From Candidatus Eiseniibacteriota bacterium (GTDB lineage: Bacteria; Eisenbacteria; RBG-16-71-46; CAZAMP01), in NCBI GenBank assembly GCA_965224245.1, contig OZ245046.1:5504001-5568000 (forward strand): DNA of 64,000 nt. Reading direction: 5' to 3'. The notes under the pieces were generated by a model. It was not told the DNA's origin and did not search any database. It saw only the letters and a program-made list of their open reading frames with translations. Shown one piece after another: positions 16,871-25,165 of this stretch. Position 1 is the first letter of the stretch, and each line of letters opens with the position of its first letter. The position numbers and the translations under genes were made by a program.

Positions 16871-19801
16871 TCAGTCGGGGTCGCCGATGAGGATGAACGG
16901 CGCCCAGTAGTAGGGGTGCGCAAACCGCTGGTGACCCTCGGAGTCACGACGCTCGCGAAGCCAGCGCTTGGCGCGGCGGAGCGCTTCGGCCTTGCCCGGA
17001 GCCCCGTCGTGGTCGGGCGCGCGGCCGAGCCAGATCTCGTAGAAGCGCGTCATGAGGAGCGCGGTCGCGCGATCGTCGACCCGCCACAGGCTGACGAGGA
17101 CGCTACGCGCCCCCGCTTCCAGAAACGCGTGCGCGAAGCTGATCAGTCCCTCGCCCGCGATCTCCGGCCCGACTCCCGTCCGGCACGCACCCAGCGTCAC
17201 GAGATCGGCGTCCAGCTTCCAGTCCCTGGAGATCTCGTCGACGGTCACGACGCCGCGGTGCGCCCGGCGACCGGAGAGAACGGCTTCCAGCGGATCGTCC
17301 AGGTCGTGCTGGGCCAGCACGAGCACGGACCGCTCCGGGAACGTCTCGTCCACGATCGCGTGGGTGGCGAAGTGCAGGACACCGAACGTCCGGAGCGCGT
17401 CCCGTTCGGCCAGCTCGACCAGCGCGCGCTCGGTCGCGGCGGGGCCCACGAGCATCTCGCGACGCGGGAACGACGGCGCAATGAGCGCGATCTCGTCGGC
17501 CGACGCCGCAAGCCTGGGCAGACTGGACCGAAGGCGGGGATCGGGACCGCGCGCGAGGAGCTCCGGGTCGCCGTCCGGCTCCGCGGCGGAGTCCGGTGCC
17601 GGACCGAACGGCGGATCCGCCACCAGAAGTGCCGGACGCTCCGACGGCGCGCGGCCGGTGCGCGCGGTCTCCCGGAGGTGCGTGTGGACCGTGGCCGAGG
17701 GCGTGTACGCGCTCGCCAGCCGGTCGACGAGCGCGGTGCCGTCGGCGTCGACCAGAGCGTCGATCGGCGCGAACGACATGGCGCCCGAGCCCACGATCAC
17801 GATCGACCGCACGCCGTCGAGAGCGTCGCCGAGCGGCTCCAGGCGTTCGGCCCACCACGAGCGTGCGATCGGGGTCGTGGTCGAGTCCGGCGGCCCGAGC
17901 GCCATTCCCGCCTCGTCCTCGATCGCCGCGCGAAGCGGAGACCGTGTCCCGGATCCGTCGCACGGGATGCGTCTCCAGTCGACGTCACCCCGCCGGCGAA
18001 TCACGTAGCTCCATACCTCCGGCGGCTGGTGGCGCGGTCGAACCTCGAGCCAGCCCAGCACGGCCTCGTGCGGACCCAGCGAGGCTTGAACCCGCTCCAG
18101 AGGGAAGGGCCGGTCGATCGACAGCCCGAGGGCGGTCGAGCCCGTGGTCTCGGCGCGGTCGGACATGACCTCCAGGAGCTCGTTCCGGAGCGTTCGCAGC
18201 TGCTCGCGCACGGCCGGATCCTCCCGGTCAGGAGACTCCAGGAGCGCGGCGTGCTGCGTCTCGAGCCGGCGGTGCCGGAGCCGGAGCGCACGATCCCGCT
18301 CTCGTGCATGCTCGGGAACGACCGGGATGCGGCCCCCCAGGAGATGATCGGCGGCAACGCGTCCCACGGCGCGCTCGGCATCGTCCCAGGCCGTGCGCGC
18401 CCTGGCGCGTGATCTCGCACCGCCCTTGCGCAGCGCCAGCGCCGCGAGTCGGGAGTACGGCTCCTGTGCCGTCACCGCCCGCATCACACCGCTGGCGATC
18501 ATGCGGCGTCGCAGCTCGAAGCGAGGCACGTAGGCCGAGAGGACGTCCGTGGCCTCGTCCACTCGGTCCTGAGCCGCGAGCACGTCCGCGAGATCGATCG
18601 CGTTGCGATCCGGGGGACTCGCGCGCCGGTCGCCGAGCTCGAGCGCCTTCCGGAGGTGGGCCTCGGCCCGGGACAGATCCCCTCCACACCAGTGGGCGCG
18701 CGCCAGGACGTAGTGCGCGTGCTCCATCGACGGGTGATCGGGTCCGTACATCTCGAGGTTTCTCTCGAACGCCTCGCGTGCCCAGACCAGCGCCGACGGA
18801 TCGCCGAGCCCGGCGAGCGCGGCCGAGCGGCTGGACAGGCAGGCGGTGACGTGCGGCGACGAGTCGGGGTAGTTGGCGCGAGCGAAGCTCAGCGCCCGCT
18901 CGTACCACGCGTGGCTGGCCTCCCGATCGCCGAGGGCGCCCGTGCAGATCCCGAGGGTCGTCATAACGCGGAGATACGCGTTCGGGAGCTGATCGGGCCG
19001 TTCGTCGAGAACGCGAAAGGCCTCCTCGGCCCACTCTCGACCGCGTCCCCAGTCGCGCAGGGTCGATGCGGTTCCGGCCAGGTGCACGAGCACGCTCGCG
19101 CTGAGATGGCTCTGCCCGTGGAGCCGCCGCGACATCGCCAGCGCGCCCAGCATCGGCGCCGTCGACTCCGCGTAGCGGCCGGCCAGCGCCAGGCAGCTCC
19201 CGAGGTTGCGAAGCGCCAGCACCGTCTGCGGATGATCGCCGTATGCGGCACGCCAGATGCGACTAGCCGCCACGAAGTGATCGATCGCCTCGGCGTGCAG
19301 GCCCCAGTCGCGCAGGATCATGCCGAGGTTGGCCCTGGACTCCGCGATTCCGGGATCGTCGGGATCGAGCGTCGCGAGGCGGGCGTCCAGCGTGCGGCGC
19401 GCGGCGATCTCCGCCTCATCGAAGCGCCCCATGTCGAGGTACGCGTTGGAGAGATAATCGAGCGACGTCAGCACGTCGGGATGGCTGCGCCCGAGCCACC
19501 GCTCACGCACGGCGAGCTGCCGCTCGGCGATCGCGGGCACCTCGGAGAATCGCTGGCGCTCGCAGTGCGATTCGATCAGCGGCGTCAGCGCATCGACCTC
19601 CGCCAGCTCCGCACGCGCACTCGCGGCCAGCGCGAGGATCGTCTCCAGCGTCGACACCAGCTCACGCGCCTCGCGACGCTCGTGCGGCCGGCTCCGGGGA
19701 TCGGACTCCAGCGCGGCGAGTCGTTCACGGGCGAGGCGGAGGGCGGTCTGGTAGTCGCCGTCGGCGCGATGCGCCCGGATCCGGTGCCATCGATCGTCCA
19801 T
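16871..19801 (-). CDS. TPR-CHAT domain protease (caspase/separase-like, C50/CHAT)
   Basis: Kinesin-light-chain-type TPRs (HPDVLTSLDYL, HPQTVLALRNLG), catalytic LHFATHA and VTLGACRTG, C-terminal HPYYWAPFILIGD. Confidence 0.92.
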   Translation of the reverse strand: MDDRWHRIRAHRADGDYQTALRLARERLAALESDPRSRPHERREARELVSTLETILALAASARAELAEVDALTPLIESHCERQRFSEVPAIAERQLAVRERWLGRSHPDVLTSLDYLSNAYLDMGRFDEAEIAARRTLDARLATLDPDDPGIAESRANLGMILRDWGLHAEAIDHFVAASRIWRAAYGDHPQTVLALRNLGSCLALAGRYAESTAPMLGALAMSRRLHGQSHLSASVLVHLAGTASTLRDWGRGREWAEEAFRVLDERPDQLPNAYLRVMTTLGICTGALGDREASHAWYERALSFARANYPDSSPHVTACLSSRSAALAGLGDPSALVWAREAFERNLEMYGPDHPSMEHAHYVLARAHWCGGDLSRAEAHLRKALELGDRRASPPDRNAIDLADVLAAQDRVDEATDVLSAYVPRFELRRRMIASGVMRAVTAQEPYSRLAALALRKGGARSRARARTAWDDAERAVGRVAADHLLGGRIPVVPEHARERDRALRLRHRRLETQHAALLESPDREDPAVREQLRTLRNELLEVMSDRAETTGSTALGLSIDRPFPLERVQASLGPHEAVLGWLEVRPRHQPPEVWSYVIRRRGDVDWRRIPCDGSGTRSPLRAAIEDEAGMALGPPDSTTTPIARSWWAERLEPLGDALDGVRSIVIVGSGAMSFAPIDALVDADGTALVDRLASAYTPSATVHTHLRETARTGRAPSERPALLVADPPFGPAPDSAAEPDGDPELLARGPDPRLRSSLPRLAASADEIALIAPSFPRREMLVGPAATERALVELAERDALRTFGVLHFATHAIVDETFPERSVLVLAQHDLDDPLEAVLSGRRAHRGVVTVDEISRDWKLDADLVTLGACRTGVGPEIAGEGLISFAHAFLEAGARSVLVSLWRVDDRATALLMTRFYEIWLGRAPDHDGAPGKAEALRRAKRWLRERRDSEGHQRFAHPYYWAPFILIGDPD

Positions 19802-20124
19802 GCGTGGCGCTTCTCCGGGCTGGCGGCCAACCTGAGATCGGCATCCGGCGGGCGCCGGCGCCGGACCCGTACCCATCCATGGTACTGCATCTCCCGCGGC
19901 GAGACGTCGATCGGGACCCGCGCGCGGTCACACCGGGCCACGCGGAGCGACCTCGGAACGTGGCGCCGGCGTGCCGGTCCGGCGCGGTCGCGCACGAGGA
20001 GACCCTTGGAGGTGTCGTGTCGGCGACGATGGCGGTCGCGAGTAGCGGTCCCCGCGATTATGCTCTGAGGGTTGGGCGGCCGGTTGCCGCGCGTACCGAA
20101 CCTCCGACGAACGAGCGACGGACG

Positions 20125-20688
20125 ATGCACGACGCGACCCGAGCGGACAGCACCGGAATCGACTGGGGAGAGATCCGCGCGCTGGCGCGGCGCCGTCTGG
20201 AGGTCCTGATCGACGCGCGCGACCGCGACGACCTCGACGATCTCGTGCAGGAGATCTGCATCCGGTATCTCCGGGTGGCCCGTCGCGAGGGCATCGATGA
20301 TCCCGACGGGCTGGTCATGACGCTGGCCCGACGCACACACGTCGATCACATCCGTCGCGGCCTGCGCATTCGCCGCCGATCCGAGGCGCTCGAGCGCGAG
20401 TACGACGCGGCACCCGTGCCGTCGGCCGCCGGCGTCCCCGATCCGCTGGGAAGCCTCATCGATCGCCTCCCGCTGATCGTGCAGGAGGTGTTCCGCGAGC
20501 ACGGACGCGACGAGTGCGTCGAGCTCCTGAACCTCTTCTGCTCCGGACGACCCTGGAGCCAGGGGGCGGCCGAGCGGGGCGTGGCGCCACCCACACTGCG
20601 GAAGCGATGGTCTCGCTGCCTCGACATCGCGCGCTCGGCGCTGTCCGCCGACCCGTTGCTGGCCGAGCACGTCCGGAGCGGAGGCTGA
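20125..20688 (+). CDS. ECF-type RNA polymerase sigma factor
   Basis: Region 2 DDLDDLVQEICIRYLR...LARRTHVDHIRR; region 4 HTH GVAPPTLRKRWSRCL; directly upstream of a zf-HC2 protein. Confidence 0.8.
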   Translation: MHDATRADSTGIDWGEIRALARRRLEVLIDARDRDDLDDLVQEICIRYLRVARREGIDDPDGLVMTLARRTHVDHIRRGLRIRRRSEALEREYDAAPVPSAAGVPDPLGSLIDRLPLIVQEVFREHGRDECVELLNLFCSGRPWSQGAAERGVAPPTLRKRWSRCLDIARSALSADPLLAEHVRSGG

Positions 20689-20691
20689 CCC

Positions 20692-21516
20692 ATGGACGAG
20701 CATGCGGTGACGGAACGCCTCCTCGTGGCCTATCGCCTCGGGCTGCTCGACGATGCGTCGCGTGAGGCCGTGTGTGACCACCTGGCCACGTGCGACGCCT
20801 GCTCCGAGCTCGAGACCGAGATCGCCACACGCCTGGGCGAGGACGCCACCGTCGACCGGCACGTGAGCCCGACGATGCTGGTCGGCTGGCCGATGGCGGT
20901 GATCTCGCTGACCGGCCTCGAGCGGCGTGCCGTGTCGGCGCACCTACGGCGGTGTGCCGACTGCCGGGACGATCTCCGGCGTCTGGGATACGATCCCGTG
21001 CTGTCGGACGCGTCCGCCCTCGAGGTGGCGGCCACCTCACGCGAGCCGGGATGGCTCGCGCGCGCGGTGAACGCGGTCGCGGCGTTGCCGCTGTCTCCGC
21101 TTCCGGTCAACCCGTCGCGCGGTGCGGCCGGTGACGAGGCCGAGGCGGCGATGTGGCGGGGACTCGACCGGTACCGATCGGGCGACTACGCGGCGGCCGT
21201 GCGCGAGCTCGCCGCCGCGGGAGACGCCGCGCACGACCGGCCGGAGGTGCGACTCTACGAGGGGTCGGCGCGGCTCCTGTGCGGTGATCTCGCCGGGGCG
21301 CGCTCGGCGCTCACGGCCGGGGCGTCCGGGGCGCTCGAGGGATCGCGCGTCGAGCGAGAGATCGGCTGGCTTCTCGCGATGGTGCAGATCGCGTCCGGCC
21401 GGTTCGAGGCGGCCGCGGACCAGCTGCGATCGTTGACCGGGTCCGGGGACCGGGCCCAGGAGGCGCGCGAGACGCTGGACGCGCTCGTCGGGCTGAGGCT
21501 GGTGTCCGAGGCATGA
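20692..21516 (+). CDS. Zinc-finger (zf-HC2) anti-sigma factor with two HxxxCxxC motifs and a C-terminal TPR-like domain
   Basis: HLATCDAC and HLRRCADC; helical repeats after PVNPSRG; 3 nt after the sigma stop. Confidence 0.8.
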   Translation: MDEHAVTERLLVAYRLGLLDDASREAVCDHLATCDACSELETEIATRLGEDATVDRHVSPTMLVGWPMAVISLTGLERRAVSAHLRRCADCRDDLRRLGYDPVLSDASALEVAATSREPGWLARAVNAVAALPLSPLPVNPSRGAAGDEAEAAMWRGLDRYRSGDYAAAVRELAAAGDAAHDRPEVRLYEGSARLLCGDLAGARSALTAGASGALEGSRVEREIGWLLAMVQIASGRFEAAADQLRSLTGSGDRAQEARETLDALVGLRLVSEA

Positions 21517-21598
21517 GACGTGCCGGCGAGTCACTCGACGTATTTCTGGACCGGTTCCGTCCGTCCACCGGGTGTACCCCGAGCCCGTAGGAGGAGCC

Positions 21599-23497
21599 AT
21601 GACGCGTCGAGTCCTCGCTGCCGCCACGCTGTGCATCGTCTGCGGATCCGCCGACGCCGCCACGATCGTCTCGACGACGACGGGCGGACCCTGGGACGAC
21701 GGCGCCACCTGGGTGGGCGGGGTCGTACCCGGTGCGGATGACGACGTCGTCCTGGCCGGTCCGGTCCAGGTAACCGCCACCCGGGCGTGTGCCGGCCTGG
21801 ACGTCCTCTCGACCGGGCTCCTGACCACCTCCACCGCCGGCGTGGCGCGGCTCGACGTCTCGGGATCGGTCTCCAACGAGGGCACGATCGAGGATACGTT
21901 TCCGCTCACGCTCTCGATCGGCGGCGACCTCGCGCAGCACGGGGTGCTCGCGAACGACGAGACCGTGTTCACCGGGGTCATCGACCACCACGTCGCGGCG
22001 TCGACGGACGTCGAGTGCGATCTGACGCTGGACGACGCGGCCACCGGTGACGTGCGGGTCGACACGCCGCTCCGGACCCTCGCGGACGTGGATCTCGGCA
22101 GTGGACGGATGGTGCTCGGTACCGACTGCCCGCTCACGCTGGGTCAGTCCGGGCTCTCGGGCACGCTCGTCGCGGACGGCAACGAGGTGCGGTTCGAGTC
22201 GTGGTCGTACCTTCTGGCGTGCACGATCGAGGATGCGGTTCTGGTGGGCACCGCCACGGTCACGCATGGCGTCACGTTCACCGGGACGGTCACCGTGATG
22301 GACCTTCTCCAGAACTCACCCTCGGCCGGGGGCTCGATCGTCACGATCGACGGCGACCTGATCAACCGCGGCGACATCCTGCGAACCGACTACAGCTTCG
22401 TGATGTTCCTGTCGGGCGACCTCGAGACCGACGGGCTGATCGCGATCAGTCAGATCGAGATGGACGACGCAGCCGAGCACCGAGTGCGCATGGGTCCCGA
22501 CGGCCAGGTCGACGCGAACGTGTTCCTGCCGGAGTTCGGCGCCGGGACCCTGATCACCGAGACCGACGTGCACTTCTCGGACGGCGTGTCCCTCGGTCTC
22601 GGCGGGACGCTGGTCCTCGCGCCGTCGACGACGCTGCGGCTGACCGGGTCGGGATCGATCAGCGGCGGCGCGCTCCTGGCCAACGGGAGCACGATCCGGA
22701 TGGACGGGCCGGGTGTGCTCTTCGCGACCTCGATGGATCACGTCGTGCTCGACGGATCGGTCAGCATCGTGGGGACGACCACGGTCACCGGCGGGCTCAC
22801 GGTCACGGGCTCGCTACGGCCGCGGCCGGGCAACCCGGCGGACCTGGCGATCGACGGCACGTTCCTCAACGAAGGGGACGTGCACGACGACGGCGCGGCC
22901 CTCACCATCACCGCCTCCGGTGATCTGCTGAACCGGGGCATCATGTCGAACGCACGGGTGACGCTGGCCGGTGACGTGGACCAGCGCGTGGAGACCGGCA
23001 TCGGGATCGGCGTGCCGGAGTTCGTGCTCGATTCGCGCCTCGATGCGACGACGTACCAGTGGTTCCGAAACGGCTTGCCGCTTGCGGGCGAGACGCTCTC
23101 CACGCTCACCTTCGCCACCGTGGGCGTGGCCGAGCACGGGACCTATCACTGCGAGGGTGACGGCGGCGTGCTCTCGCGTCTCTTCGTCATCGCCGAGGGC
23201 ATCAGCGTCGACGTTCCGTCCGTTCACGGGCCGGCGCTCGAGGTGCTCGGACCGGCGCGTCCCAATCCGTTCCGTCCCGTGACGACCATCACGTTCGAGC
23301 TGGCGCGGTCCGGCCCGGTCCGGCTGGCCGTGTACGACGTGATGGGTCGCGAGATCTCGGTTCTGGTCGAGGACCGACTCGGGGCCGGTCCGCACCGAGC
23401 CACCTGGCGGCCGGGCGATGCGGCTCCGGGCGTCTACTTCTTCCGGCTGGCCGCCGCCGGGGTCGAGCGGACCCGGCGGGGCGTGCTGATCGAGTGA
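21599..23497 (+). CDS. Secreted beta-rich protein (G8/autotransporter-like repeats, Ig domain) with FlgD-Ig/T9SS-like tail
   Basis: AGGAGGAG RBS; GGPWDDGATWVGGVVPGADDDVV; YQWFRNG...GTYHC Ig motif; RPNPFRP...YDVMGRE...PGVYFFRL. Confidence 0.85.
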   Translation: MTRRVLAAATLCIVCGSADAATIVSTTTGGPWDDGATWVGGVVPGADDDVVLAGPVQVTATRACAGLDVLSTGLLTTSTAGVARLDVSGSVSNEGTIEDTFPLTLSIGGDLAQHGVLANDETVFTGVIDHHVAASTDVECDLTLDDAATGDVRVDTPLRTLADVDLGSGRMVLGTDCPLTLGQSGLSGTLVADGNEVRFESWSYLLACTIEDAVLVGTATVTHGVTFTGTVTVMDLLQNSPSAGGSIVTIDGDLINRGDILRTDYSFVMFLSGDLETDGLIAISQIEMDDAAEHRVRMGPDGQVDANVFLPEFGAGTLITETDVHFSDGVSLGLGGTLVLAPSTTLRLTGSGSISGGALLANGSTIRMDGPGVLFATSMDHVVLDGSVSIVGTTTVTGGLTVTGSLRPRPGNPADLAIDGTFLNEGDVHDDGAALTITASGDLLNRGIMSNARVTLAGDVDQRVETGIGIGVPEFVLDSRLDATTYQWFRNGLPLAGETLSTLTFATVGVAEHGTYHCEGDGGVLSRLFVIAEGISVDVPSVHGPALEVLGPARPNPFRPVTTITFELARSGPVRLAVYDVMGREISVLVEDRLGAGPHRATWRPGDAAPGVYFFRLAAAGVERTRRGVLIE

Positions 23498-23532
23498 CTC
23501 GGGCCCCGGCATGCGTGATCGCATCCCCGCTA

Positions 23533-23577
23533 CCGACCCCGCCGACCCCGCCGACGCCGCCGACGCCGCCGACGCCG
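23533..23577. repeat. 9-bp tandem repeat, (CCGACCCCG)x2 (CCGACGCCG)x3
   Basis: Read directly; lies between two convergent genes. Confidence 0.8.
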
Positions 23578-23594
23578 CTCGCGTGACCGACGGA

Positions 23595-24038
23595 CTACCC
23601 CGATGCGAAGAGGGCGCGCCCGACGGGCGTCAGGCGGTAGCCGCTCGGATACTCGAGGTCGAGGAATCCCCTCTCGGCGAGGCGCTGGCAGTAGTGCTCG
23701 ACGCGGCTGGTCGGCGCGCCGAGAGCGGTGCCGAGCTGCGATGCGGTGATGCCGGCCACGCCGTCTCCATCCACGCCCCCCGAAACCGACTGCGGCGCCG
23801 CGACCGGCACCGGGGCCGGCACGGCCTCGGGATCCGGGTCCGCCACCCGGTGCAGGATGTCCCTCTCGAGGTCGCTCAGGCTCGCGGAGGCCAGTCGGCG
23901 CGCGCCGGCGAGCAGCACTCCCCCCAGTGGATCGGTCCTGGCATCGTGGCGCACGAGCGCGCGGAGCGTCAGGATCGACAGGGAGAGAGCGCCGGCCGCG
24001 ATGGGGCCGGCACGACGTGCGAGAGCCCGGAGATGCAT
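23595..24038 (-). CDS. Small protein with C-terminal winged helix-turn-helix
   Basis: ITASQLGTALGAPTSRVEHYCQRLAERGFL...GYRLTPVGR; start uncertain. Confidence 0.5.
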   Translation of the reverse strand: MHLRALARRAGPIAAGALSLSILTLRALVRHDARTDPLGGVLLAGARRLASASLSDLERDILHRVADPDPEAVPAPVPVAAPQSVSGGVDGDGVAGITASQLGTALGAPTSRVEHYCQRLAERGFLDLEYPSGYRLTPVGRALFASG

Positions 24039-24228
24039 CCGGGAATCATACCGTGAGAGCCGGGGCGCGGTGTGGGCCGGCATCGGTCCCGGACCTGCCC
24101 CGGACGTCGTTTGGTCGATGTCGGCCGTGTCCTCGGCCCCCGGTCCGGTGGACCGGTGGCGCCGGGGCCGTAACCTCCGGGACACGTCACCCGTCTACCC
24201 TGGCGAGTGCACGATCCGGGGAGGAACC

Positions 24229-25077
24229 ATGCGCACCAGTCAGCTCGCCGTCGGCTCGATCCTGATCGCGGCCACCGTATCGGTCGCGTCCGTTGCACGG
24301 CCCGCGGGGGAGTCGGAGCCGGCGGAGCCGCTCGCCGTCGTCCCGTGGACGCCGTATCTGGGCAAGCTCCACACGATCACGGTCGCGATCGGAGACACCG
24401 ACGCACCGTTTCTGTTCGACACCGGAGGCGGCGCGACGTGTATCACCCCCGAGCTCGCCGGCGAGATCGGCTGCGAGCCCTACGGGCAGGCATCGGGCTT
24501 TCGTCTCAGCGGCGAGCGGGTGACCTTTCAGTGGTGCGACGACGCCGTGCTCACGGTCGCCGGCGTTCCCCTGTCGGTGGAGCTGTCGGTCTTCGACATC
24601 ATGTCGCTGCTCGGCGACGCACCCCCTCTCGGGGGGCTGGTCTCGGTGCACACGTTCGCCCGGCAGCCCTTCACGATCGACTTCGACGGGACGCAGCTCA
24701 TCCTCGAATCGGAGGCGAGCCTCCGAGCTCGCATCGAGGACCTCCAGCCGCTCTCCGCCCGGTTCGCCCACCAGGCGGGAGGGGCGAGCCTGGATCCGTT
24801 CATCGAGGTACGGGCCGAGACCGGGACGCTCTGGCTCGAGCTGGACTCCGGCAATCTGGGGCGCACGATCCTCGCCCCGCACACGGCCCAGCAGCTGGGC
24901 CTGGCGACCACCGAGGATCAGGTGGTGGCGCTCGACATCATGGGACTCGGACCCGTGCCACTCCAGGTGCGTTTCCTCGACGGGTGCATCTACGACGGCG
25001 TGGTGGGGGTCGAGTTCTTCCAGGGACGGCTCGTCACGATCGATGCCACCCGTGGGGAGATCTGGGCCGGCCGATAG
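24229..25077 (+). CDS. Secreted two-domain retropepsin-like aspartyl protease
   Basis: GGAGG RBS, signal peptide, FLFDTGG and LELDSGN catalytic motifs, DGVVG. Confidence 0.85.
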   Translation: MRTSQLAVGSILIAATVSVASVARPAGESEPAEPLAVVPWTPYLGKLHTITVAIGDTDAPFLFDTGGGATCITPELAGEIGCEPYGQASGFRLSGERVTFQWCDDAVLTVAGVPLSVELSVFDIMSLLGDAPPLGGLVSVHTFARQPFTIDFDGTQLILESEASLRARIEDLQPLSARFAHQAGGASLDPFIEVRAETGTLWLELDSGNLGRTILAPHTAQQLGLATTEDQVVALDIMGLGPVPLQVRFLDGCIYDGVVGVEFFQGRLVTIDATRGEIWAGR

Positions 25078-25165
25078 CGCGGGACCCTGGCTCGGAACGC
25101 CGGCTCGTGTATCCTCCGAGGATGTGCGAGGAAGCTCCGAACCGACCACCGGCGCGGCGCGACGC

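Noticed and set aside
23533-23577. Short repeat as a CRISPR array or coding repeat (ORF 23511-24056)
   Set aside because: 9-bp units without spacers and no cas genes; the plus-strand ORF has no credible product
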